This document shows positions 49,901-61,900 of a stretch of 64,000 nt of DNA, piece after piece. The translations under genes were made by a program, and so were the position numbers. The stretch lies in contig NMRA01000144.1 of the NCBI GenBank assembly GCA_002633005.1, forward strand, positions 380,924 through 444,923. Direction: 5' to 3'. Every line of letters starts with the position of its first letter. Position 1 is the first letter of the stretch. The stretch is from Phoronis australis. Its lineage: Eukaryota > Animalia > Phoronida. The notes beneath the pieces were generated by a model. The model was not told the DNA's origin. It did not search any database and saw only the letters and a program-made list of their open reading frames with translations.

Positions 49901-52900
49901 ACAGAGGCATATGCCAAAAAGACTCAAAAATAATACAAATGATAACTAGGGGTGCACAATATGCCACAACCATTCAAAAATGTGTCATCGCCTCCTTTAA
50001 TAACAAAAATCTATTTGCCAAATTTTGAGAAAATCCGCAACTGGGATTTTGTGCTTCAGTTTGATTTTATAAATTTTTATATCTTTTACTCTGTCGTGTC
50101 ATTTTTTGAAACCAATAAACCAACTTTGAGGTTAAATTTGTTAGTTGATTTCTCATGTGCCTTCCAGAAGCTTTGCAGAACATGTCACATGTGACCTCAC
50201 TAGACTCAGTTACCTCATGCTATGTTAGGGACCTTAAACTGGGTTGTATTTTAGTACATCAAGTATATTGTAAATTTGTACCAAAGCATATAATTAATGC
50301 AGGGATTTAGGAGCTCCGAGATGGGTCATTCTCAGATATTCAGCAACTTTGGTCCTGACTTTTTTAAATGGTATTTTTATGAAATAAAAAAATTGAAATT
50401 GGTTTGGTGTTGTTTTATTTTATTGATAACGTGCTAAAGAGACAAAATAAATAGTTTGTGCACATTCGGTGAAAAATTACATGAATATAAGTTGCGTTTT
50501 ATTTACAACGAGCGATTTTGGGGGCGGCCATTTTGTGACATGTTGACAGAGTATTTGTTTCATTATGTTTTTACGCATTCGGGTAGTTTTTTCTCACATT
50601 AAAGTACACCAAACAAAAGAGTAGACATCATATTTGTGGTAGATTCTGCACAGGTGAAAAATAAACATGTTCCAAACAAAAAAAACAAACTTCAAAACGA
50701 GCATTCGCCCATTACGGTGTCGGTCAAAAAAATCGCTCACATCATGTTTATTTTTCTCGGTTAAGAGAACAGTGGGTCAGACTGGATTAAGAACGAAATA
50801 ATTTTTAAAACAGTCATAATTCCACGTCTCATTGTGATCACGTATTTCTATAATCAATAAAAGAAATTTTTAATGCAAATGTCCGTCAAACAATAACGGG
50901 CGCAACTAGAGTCCAAAAACTCACGATTTCGAACAAGTTGAAAGCCTCTGCCATAACACGAGACAAGTGACCTCACTTGTGAAGAACGTCATAACTCTTT
51001 GTGTAAATAGTCGCCGTGGAACGAAGAAGCATGGAAGTGAGTGCTGTCAGTCAAGTCAAATTGACAAGATAACGTCTGCCACACAGCGTAAATGGGTGAA
51101 GATTTGAACAAAAATTGCTAAGAATCGTGCCTTCTTTCACTGTATTCAACGTATTTAGTTGCCATGGAGGATTTTTCATTAAAAATGCTTTTGCATGCTG
51201 CTGCACTGTGCGACTCGGCTGTAACGTTCAGTCCGACGTTAGTTATTGACATCGCCCGGATTTGCCGCTGTGTTCGGACGTTATCCGTTGACATGGTCAA
51301 CAAGGTGTTGTGTCACGGCCGAACATTAACGTATTGTTATAGTAATAGTGCACTGTGATTGATTTTAAAATTTTCTTCCGAACTAGTCTAGGCTTTTTGT
51401 CCTAACAAAACACGGATGTTATGAGAAAAACGAAACCGTAGATATGCTTTTCTTGCAAAATCACGTTGTGGCCGTTATTGTTTGACACTGTATACTTGGA
51501 TTTTCATAACGTCCAACCCGATCTGTTTAAGTTGCTTTGAAAAAATTGCTGTACGCTGAGCTGCAGTACTGATGTTAATGCCTTAGATAGTCCATGCAAC
51601 TAAACCACTGCACAGTACCCTTGCTGACTACAAATTGTATCATGGTGATAATCCTCGATGCTTTGGACGTTACTTTTGACATTCTTTCCATTGGATATAG
51701 TAAGTATTCAATGAAATATTTTAGACGTGTAGGTAGAGGGGGGCATATGCCCCCAATTGTTTGCAGCATTGTGTGCAAAATCCTGATAGCGACTTGGGAA
51801 ATTGTGACTTTAAGGATACAACTGTCTAGTGGGTAAATATTTAATAGTAAATGATGACAATAAAAATCTAACATTTTTTGAAATTCTTCAACACCAATCA
51901 AAATTCTTGTTCATGCAGGCTTGTGTCTTGGTTTTTTTGTGCTATGACCTAAGAAAAATTATTTCATTGTAATTATTCTTTTAGAAATCGAAGTACACAA
52001 TGAGGATTCGTTGTTCTAAAAAAGTGGATGAAAGCTTGTTCTTGTACCAGGCCATTCCCAAAAGGAGAAAGAATTATGATAATATGCTAGATATTGCTTC
52101 ATATTTTATAATAGTTTAGTTCTTGCTATTTTATTGTATCTAAGAAGTCCACGTTTGTTATGTTACTGTAGCTAAATTAGTGTTAATGAATAGATAGTAA
52201 CATGTTACTATGTGTTTTGTTTTTGTTACATAATTGTGAGAGATTCTGGCTAGTGAATGGATGCCCTCCCCTTTTGCAAAGACTTGGGACTTTCTATCAT
52301 GTTCTAGCATACATGGTTTTGACTCCAAAAATATCTCAGAATCAATGAAAAGCAGGAGATAGGCAGAAAGTGTAAAAGAGCTTAGAAAATGATAGGTAGG
52401 GTTACATCCTTTTTCAAATGCCCAAAGTCATTTGGCAATTGAAAAGGAAATTGTAAAGAAAACAGTCAAAGCAACATCTAAAGTTATGAATAAGTAAATA
52501 AAATAAATGAATGCCATTATTTCTAATGAAATGATGAGTTGTTATGCTTTTGAACATGAAAATATTTCAAATTTTCAAACTTGGATGTGAGTTGTGGACG
52601 TTACTATGTCAACATTTGTCAACTGTCAACATGTAACGTCCAAACGTCAACAGAGTATAAAACAAAAAGGTCAGCAATTCTCTGCACAAGCTCTACTGGT
52701 AAGTATTGGCCTAGGACTAATACAAAACCTAATCATGATTTTTTAGTTGCTAATAAAGTTATAATACCATGCCAAAACTATAACATGTCAAAATATGAGT
52801 AACGTCCACAACGCGACATAAGTAATTGAGATAATATTTTTTATTGGAGGAATTCAATTATTATATATATGCTTGTTAGATGGGAACATATGCAATGGAA

Positions 52901-55900
52901 AACATTTGTTATTAAGATTATTTGACAAAACAATCGTATGAAAATTGATGTCAACCATTAAAAAGTAACGTCCGCAACTTTTTATTATAGAATGATAATG
53001 CCAAAATTATATGTAAATTAAAAACCAACTTATCTTCTCAAGTTCAAAGTTGTGAAGAGTAGGCACCAGACTTAGTCATAACGAATAAAAATGGTAATAA
53101 TTATGAAATTTAATTTTTCATGCCCTGTCCCACAATAATTGCTGAATAGCTGAGAATGACCCAGATTTGTTTTGAATAAAATCAAAGTCAGTTTTTCAGT
53201 GGAGTGGAAAAGTAAAAGTAAGGGACATTAGTAAATTGATTGTTGATCAGGCACATTGTTCTTATCATTGAGCGCTATTAATCAGTTTCTTGTGCCATGT
53301 GGGTGCATAGTCTCTTATTTAGTGTGTCAGTTGAACAATACCAAGTACCACTGGCGCACCGGCGCGCCCTAAAATGAACACTGTACCCCGTTGGAAAATT
53401 CGGAAACATTAAAACTGCCAATGTGTACTTACACTAGCTGTTTTGAAAATTCCTCCATTGAAAAGCCTGGCATTCTGGTAATTAACTCTGTTTCTAAATG
53501 TTTTTCTATAAGTTGAGTCTACAATAAAATGTCACAAACAACATTACAACAAGACTGATCGAGAACCGGCTGGCACTCGTCAAAGATGAGCTACATGGAA
53601 CAACACAAGCATAAATTTTAATGTAGATTTGAGATCAAATCAAAATCATAATGTGTAGATTTAATTAATAGTAAGCCAGAACGTCACATCTATACACCAG
53701 CCTTTGTGCTTCTAAGGACATGGCAAAACAACTGCCTTTGATGTTACCTTTAGTAAAATTCAAGACCTTAGAAAGGTACTTTTGTGTTTAATAATAATTA
53801 CTGTTGCCTTGTGGTGTATTTACTATCCAAGGAACAATGGAATGTAGTGTGAACAGACCAGTGAAAGGCCGACATCTTGGCTGTGAGTTGAAAGCCAACA
53901 AATAGGAAATAATGACTACAAAAGTAACTCACATATTCTTTGTGGATGTCTGTGTACACAAACTTGTTTTCTTCGGTGTCTAAATCAAACTCTAAGTAGT
54001 ATTTTTCTAAAAAGTCTTGCTGCATATCTTGAAACATATCATCTGCAAATAGACAACAGAATCAAATATTAAATTAAATTGATAAAAAAGACGTTAAATC
54101 TGTCAATATATTTTATACAGCAGGGTTCGATTTGGCCACCTGCAGGTCATTGATCAGACTTCAGTTTTTGTTTGGTGACCTAGTAAAAATCCAAAGTTGC
54201 CAAAAAAGTCACTAAGCCCATCCGAACACACAGCCAAAATAGTGCAGAAAGTACACAGTTAAGTGTCTAACTCTATACATAATTAAACAATGAAGCGAGT
54301 GAGCAGGACCACTTGCCAATTAACTTGTATGACTAACAATTCATAACTGGTGCGTATTGCTCAAAATGAAATTCTATATATATACTAAACTCTTATACGG
54401 AATGTGAACAAAAATCCTATTTCACCATTTGTAACTCTTGGTTACAAGGATTAATGTTTTGCAGCTTAACTGCTGGTTGCTCTTGTTAACAACTTACCCA
54501 TGATGATATCTTCTATATGACCTACTGTCACATCAAATTTGGTATCTGCTATACTAGAACTGGAAAGCAACATTGAAATAAACTGTAGATAATACAAAAT
54601 TAACACTTGTACTCGGAGTGAATTTTACTATATGAAAGGAAGCAAATGTGAACTCTGGTAGGCAGAGACGAAGCTACGCTAATGATTTTTTTCATTTTAA
54701 AAGTATACTTTCTAAACAATAAAGAACGAAACTGGACTTCATCAATTACTCAAAAACTAGTGGGCAAAACAGAGAATGTGCATTAAAATTTTTGCAACAA
54801 ACTTCCGCAATTCAAGTCCTTTACAGCGTTATATAATCCTCGCCTAGGAAAGACAAAAATAAGGTACTGTGCAGCTATCGTTAGCAATTAACAGCGTAAG
54901 AATTAGAAACAAGAGCAACCCAGAGCACTGAAATACGCCCACCAATGCACCGCAAACTGTATGCTTCTAGGGTTGTTTATTTGGAACATAAAAATGAAAA
55001 ATAGAGGGCGCAAAATACGTCGAATCCATCTGAAGACTGGTATGTGCTTTTGACCAAATTTTATAAAAATCCATTTAAGGAACTTTTGAGAAACCAAGGA
55101 AAACGAAAAAAAAGAAATTGCCACTAGGAGGCCATAGGCGCAAAAAACATAACTGCCACTAAGAGGCGCCACACTAAATGAAGTCGTCGCAAAATCATCG
55201 TCAGACTTCCTCTACACATTAGGAAAATACATGCCAATTTCCACAACCATCCTTAGAGTGGTTTGGTTGACAAAAGGGCACACAGCAAATAACAAGACTC
55301 CAAGACAGTAAAAGTGCCCACAAGGTGGCGCAAAATATGAATCAAACCGAAAACTGGATGATAGCGTCAACTCGCTAATAGTTGCCTATCTGCCAAATTT
55401 TATGAAAATCCATTGAAGACCATTGAAGATACAGAGGTAAAATTAAAAAAACTAAAATTGCCACTAGGGAGCACACCGGTAGTCCGATCCATCCGAAAGT
55501 CGTCCTCGTTTGTTGTCAAGTTCACATAAATACACTTGCTAAATTTAATAAACATCCTGCAGAGGGTTTAGGAGATACAACCATGGGTGTCGGAAAATCA
55601 TCCTTAGCCCTCCTCTTTACATTAGGAGCATACATGCCAATTTCCATAATCATCCTGAGAGTTGTTTGGTTGACAGAGGGGCAGATGCCAAAAACTCGAA
55701 AACAGTAAAAATGGCCACTACTTGACACAAAATGCCTCGAATTCAACCGAAAACCAGAGGATAGTGTCACCTCACTCAAAGATGTCAACCCCAATGATGT
55801 ATGAAGCCTTGTTCAAGACTCGCTGAAGGTTTCGATGTTTTTCTTGCAAACAGAAATGAAATCCTAATACGGTAAGGAATATTACAAGACCAATTCTCCG

Positions 55901-58900
55901 AGAGTAAAAGATGAATTTGATTTCCGTTCTTTAGCCATCTAAACAAGGCAAAAGATAACTTTAACTAATAAACAAACATGTCTTTTCTATGGCAAAACTT
56001 GATTAAGGTCGCAGACATTTTGTTAACTCTGATAATTATCGAAAAAACAAAACTTGAATATTTTGCTGAAAATCCAAAGAAAGATAATACCATTTTGTAA
56101 AATCAAAGACTTTACATAATGTCCTATCATATAATATTGCTTTTCAATTTCAAAAAAAATCTGTCTTAAATATAAGGTAAAAGGCAAAAACACACAGTTG
56201 GCTCTGGTGTGTATGATTCATTTTGAGACTTGCATTAACTGACTTTAAAAGAAAAAGTGAAAAAAGGCATCCAAACACCACGAAACTTATCACAATTCTT
56301 ACCTCTCCCAGGTTGCATTTCGGCTTGTTTTTCGCATTATTGACAAATATCCCACTTAGCTCCGATTCTCATTCTTTGTGCTTACCACCTGCTGTTTTTA
56401 TCCCCCTCAACCTCAGTGCAACAACCCTGTCATCGTGCCGTCTTAGACGGCCCTCTCCCGCTACGCTCCTGCATCCACACAGCATGTTTTGCTTTTCACT
56501 TTATATTCAAAACAGTGGAGGCATGTTCTCAAAAGTGAACAAACATAAGTTATTTTTAATTTGCGTTAGCCATTGTGTCCAAACTGGAGACATATCGCCA
56601 CTTACAACAGTTGGAAATGTCACATACAAAGACTGTTCAGTTGCAGGCTTTCATTTTATGCCAAAGCAAGTTCCTAAAAAGAATCTGTCTTTCACTGCAG
56701 TTCTGAGAAACAATTTCGTTCCAACATACCAGACAGGCATGATGACGGGGTCTTTTTTGCAAACTGAGCAACTAGAAAATACGGCATCACTGACTCGATT
56801 AAAAAAACACAAATCAGAATACTTCTGTTTTGGCCAAATATAATGAAGATAAAATAATGTACTAAAGTTTGACGAGAGATTATAACCCAAACACTTTAAC
56901 TGAAGAGTGGTCTACAATGAGTACACCCACCTGGAGGTGGCCAATTCTTCTTCTTGGAAATCCATTGGCTCATGTTCCTCCTCATGTTCATCACAATCAC
57001 CAGAGCCTAGGCAGGAATAGATTGATGTTAAAAACACAAACGTCTGGCAATTTTTAAAACAAGGGTAATGAAGTTTAAATTCAGCATTCTCCACAGCCCA
57101 AAATGAAATGTAGGCTTCGATTTGGCAAGTACCAGTTCCCATTTTGCGAGCTGAAATTGCTGTTGGCAACCTGAGCTCGAGGCTTACTCGCCAAATGCGA
57201 TTTCAGTTTTTCATTGCTCAACTCGCTAAACACAACCTTATTTTACGACAGTGCCATTCCCACTTGCAAAACGGGTCAACTAACACTTGAAGTAAGAGAA
57301 CAGCAACAAAAAACAACCCGCACACATGGCTCAGCGCCAGTCAACTTTTGTCGCCATCTGTCAATCTTGTTTCAAAATCCACAGGTCCTGGAATAATAAC
57401 ACTTGAACAGCGACTCCTACACAGGCAAGTGAGTGATTCTCTAGAAGTCGTGAATTTCGACAAAGTGAGATTTGAGCGTCTGTGGTTTCCTCATCTTCTT
57501 TTCATGACAACAGCGAAAGAATCTGCTGTGCACAAAAGACTGTTTGCTATTTAACTGCAACTAGTGATGGTTTACGTTTTCAAAAGGATTCACCAAAAAT
57601 ATTACAGTACTTCAGTGACGCAGCTGCTATCTTCTCCCCCTATCGCCAGAAATTTTGAGCGCCACATCTCCCCCCCTCCCCCCCCCCCCAGCAATGTCAC
57701 AAAGCCTCAAGCCACCTTTCACCCGTCACTACGGTTTGCATCGTCCCTCGGTGTGGTCTGCCCTCACACACTGGAGTGTAGCTCCTCACTTTCGGGACAC
57801 GGTCTGGAGAGAACCCCCCTCCCCCCAACTATGCTGCGGCAGTATCCAGTTGTGTCATAAAGATTGTAAATCATGGACTGATAGTTCACGATAAAATGTG
57901 CATTGACGAAACTTCATAATTCAGTCCAACCTTCAAGCGAAATTGGACAATGAAAAATATAATAAATCTAATTTTACCTTTAGGAAAAGTCTGTATCAAT
58001 TGACAACGACTTAAAAATGCAACTTACAATTCTGAATATTTTAAAGGGGAAGAACTTGACTGTTTCAAATTTGAAAAAGACATCGTGAATGGCTATATGC
58101 CAATCACATTTTGTTATTTGTACTTAATTTAATAAAGATCTATTTATAAAAAACAGCTTTCGAGTTGCAGAATTGTTTGAGAAACCTCCTTCAAAACAAG
58201 CTTGAAACATAAGATTTACTTTAAGTTTTGAGGCATGTTGACAAGATTTCTCAGAAATATAACCGAGCAACGCACGCCTTTTCGAGCGACGTACGCCTTT
58301 TCCGCATCACTTACTATGCAAGGGGTGGCAACTGTCTGTTTTGCGCCTTTATTATGCTGTTGATTTGTCTTTCAAACAAGAATTGCATTTATAAAAGACG
58401 TATGTAAATGGAGAATGAAAATGTTTTAATCCAAGGTGTTTAGTAAGTTACCGCGGACAACAGGACCGTTTCAGGGAGACAAGACAGTGTGTAAATCTCA
58501 GGAAAGATTGTTAGCACCTATACATCTCAGTGCAGTTCTGTGAGTGCAGACAGTGTAAGTACTTCGGGAAACGCGTACATACATAGCACGATGATAGATG
58601 TTTAGTAGCAAGAATCATGTTTGTAAGTATCGTACAGTGGACGTGCTATGGCAACAGCATGCCAATAGCAGATAAGGTATGATAGCTTGTCGCACCGAGA
58701 TCATGACTGGCGTAGTCATGAGCAGACAAATAAAATGGGTCCGCGTTGTATAGACAAAACCATCAATTGTAGCCCTGACTCTAAGAAAACTGTGGCAATT
58801 CTGAAAAAAGCGCTCTATTCCAACACGACTGATCACAAAGTTGTTGAATACAACGGATTGATAGGTATGCTTACTTTATAAATAACGTAAGAAGTTAATG

Positions 58901-61900
58901 AATCAGTAACACTACATTAAAAATCCCCAGTTTATCACTGAAACAGTCGAGTTTCTTTGCTGTTTTTGGTCGTGACCTGCTAGACCTGCCTCCCGTTCAG
59001 TAACGCTAGGACCTCGCTAAAAAGCAAGACTTCGCGAGATTACGTGAGATATTGCCGTGTATTTTAAATGAGAACACGTGACTTTGACTAGGTTTTAGCT
59101 AGGTCCTAGCGTAGGTCCTAGCGTCTACTGAACGCACGCCTGGTCCGCCGCCGGGCGGCAGGGTAAGCATCACAATGGGCCGCATCTCAAGCAACACCTA
59201 TGCGACACCATGGAACTAAAATTTGGCTACCTCAAATCCAAAATGGCAAGCTGAGATTTTACCCAACTCGCAAATTGCGAGTTGGGCGTTTCCTTAACGT
59301 CAGACGCTGAAATGTCTGGGGTAACGTTACGGGTTTGGCTAATCAGTGTTGAGTTTGAAAAACAATATCACAGATTTCAACTCAGACATTCTCTAATCAG
59401 AGACCGCTATATCCGACCAGTGCCATCGGGGTGGCAGATTTCATGTTGAGTATCAGGACATCAGGTGGTAAGACAGTGCCACCATCTGGACTGGTCCCAG
59501 TAGAGATAGTGATGCTCCTTATAGTTGCTTCATACACCGGAAGCATTTCAACAAATTATGCCTCACACTGATTAAAACATCAAAGTCACATTCAGGGACA
59601 CCTTAGGGAGGCCAACAAGGTCTTTAACTCCTTCCAATTCGAGCACATACTCCCATAATCAAACTTTTTGTCGAGAGCAGTCCTTCATTCAGTTGCCCAA
59701 ATTAATGTTGTAAATGTCGATGACAGTCTCGGCTGTGGTGTCTCTATGTTGTGATGTCCTTTTCTTTTACAACATTGGTCTTGGCCTGGTGCGACACCTG
59801 ACGCCAGAAGAGCCCAGCAGAGGTCACACTACTACCACACGACCTGTCACCTGTGAAGACCATGTGACGAGATCGTCTGGGCCTTCTGGAGTTCGCTGCC
59901 GCAGTGTGGACGTAATGTGAGTACCCTCTAGAATTACTCCAACACTACATGAATAGGTTGAACCTGTTTGGCTGTGCCCAGCCAATTAATACAACATTAA
60001 CAACTGGCCATAGCAGTGCGGGGAAATCGAAACCAAAAAAGAGGAAAATTCCAAGCCCTGTAACGTGACTTTGATGGTTTAATCAGTGCGAAGCATAATT
60101 CGAGTGCTGAAAAGTTTCCGGCGTAAGAAGACCCTATGCCAAGATGGGAGTATCAGTGTCTCTACTGCTAAAAGAGACAGGGGCACTGTCTATCACTATA
60201 GAGCTATCACTGGCATCAGGCGGTATTGTATGACCCTACAGCCCTAGTTTAACTAAGTAATCACTGAATCAGTGAATGGGGAAGAATGTTGGTGCACTTG
60301 CACTTGCAGTTGAGTAAAATAATATAAAGGCCCAGCTTAATAGCCTACAGCAATTGCTCTTTGGTATGTTGTAGATATGCTTCCGGTGAATTATATGAGC
60401 CTCTGTTAGCTACTCGCTAACAGGCAATTGCCTATTAGCTGAATGGTTAGCACGCTTGCCGGTTTTATGGGGGTCACTGGTTCGATTCCCGAGTCAGGTG
60501 ATCTCGGCTATTACTACAAATGGCGTAGTCGCCAAACGGATGATCTACCGATGAAGCACTGCCAACTAGTACCCACGGACCTTGGGAAGGCGCGTGTGGA
60601 AGGTTCCAGGAGTCAAGGACCTGTATGAGAGACTACCTTGTGTTCACCTGTGTTGTGGTGGTAAGTTTAGTAAAGGTACAAAGGGACGTTGATGACCTGT
60701 ATGCGAGACATCCTGATGTTCACCTTACTGGTCGCGTGCCCGTTCCGTAGGGAAGGGGGAAATGTTGTAGATGTGCTTCCGGTGAATTATATGAGCCTCT
60801 GTTAGCTACTCGCTAACGGGCAATTGCCTATAGTATTAGCTGAATGGTTAGCACGCTTGCCAGTTTTATGGGGGTCGCTGGTTCGATTCCCGAGTCGGGT
60901 GATCTCGGCTATTACTACAGGTAGACTGATTAGGATGCCGAGCTTTGCAACGAGATGGTAGGCCTACTGGTTCGAAACTTACGTGATTTCAACATGTTCA
61001 AGTCAAGACAAGTACTGAAGTGAAGACGAAGTCTGAACTTGAAGTAGGCCTAGTCACCAGGGCCGGGGTAGCTAGCATTTTTTTAACCAGGCCGAAGGTC
61101 AGAAGTTGCGGACCTACCGGCGAACTTTGAAAGCTGAAGTTCCCGCCCTTCGTGTACGTGCTGCCGGGAACCAGCCGTGCATTTGCCGTGTTGTTAAACA
61201 TTAAAATGTCAAATATGTGCACAAAGACTATTAAATGTCATATCAACAGCATTTATTTTTATCAAATACAAACAATAATTCATTGAAATACAATCAGTTT
61301 CAAGTAACGCCAATTAAAGACAAGTATAAGTGGTGGCATTTTGGAAACGAACATTTGACTGACAAGACCGCAATGGCTCACCTTTGGCCTATTTAAAGAT
61401 TGAGGTCATGAAGTCACATCACCTAGCGAGCGCGGTAAAAATTGGAGCGTGCGCAGTATAAAAATGGTGAGTTCACGATTTTGGGAACTGAAATAGGGAC
61501 TGCTCGAAGAAAAAGTTTCATAACGGGAATATTTGTTCGAGTTGGAAGGACTTAAACACATCAACAACCTCCTAAGATGTTCCTCTATGCGCAAAAGGTA
61601 TTTATAACAACGTGATTTTGATGGTTTAGTCGGTGCGAGGCATAATTCGCCGAAAAGCTTCCGGCGTACAGAGCGCCTATAGCCTCTGCATCGCCTCTGA
61701 CCGGTTCGGGCCAACAGAGGCGATGGTCATTGCCTACTAGCTGGCCAGTTAGACACTTGCTACACAACCGCAGGTACACCACAGCAGACGTTAGCGATAT
61801 CACATTACACTTTTTCAACCAGAACGTGAAATGAATCATGAGAAGTTTAGAAATCAATTTCTGAGTTTCAAAATAGAACTTCGTTACCTTTCATGCTTGA

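Larger units (their letters stand above)
60367..60919 (+). mobile_element. TRIM (non-autonomous miniature LTR retrotransposon) with tRNA-derived Pol III promoter in its LTRs (Helenus-like)
   Basis: LTRs 60367-60518 and 60763-60919 (TG...CA), PBS TGGCGTAGTCG at 60521-60531, PPT AGGGAAGGGGGAAA at 60749-60762, TSD GGTA at 60363-60366 and 60920-60923, no coding capacity. Confidence 0.92.

Noticed and set aside
49947-53371. Outer TAGGG...CCCTA element enclosing the Sola2-like insertion
   Set aside because: TIR match is short and there is no TSD.
56223-56843. 206-aa ORF, the longest in the track
   Set aside because: Antisense within an ARL2BP intron, non-ATG start, no recognisable domain.
59262-59286. 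Perfect 12-bp-arm palindrome CCCAACTCGCAA-A-TTGCGAGTTGGG
   Set aside because: Real, but probably a subterminal motif of a decayed MITE; no boundaries or function could be supported.
60425-60500. tRNA-like sequence in the LTRs as a functional tRNA gene
   Set aside because: A and B boxes are present but there is no acceptor stem or proper anticodon arm; it is part of the LTR.
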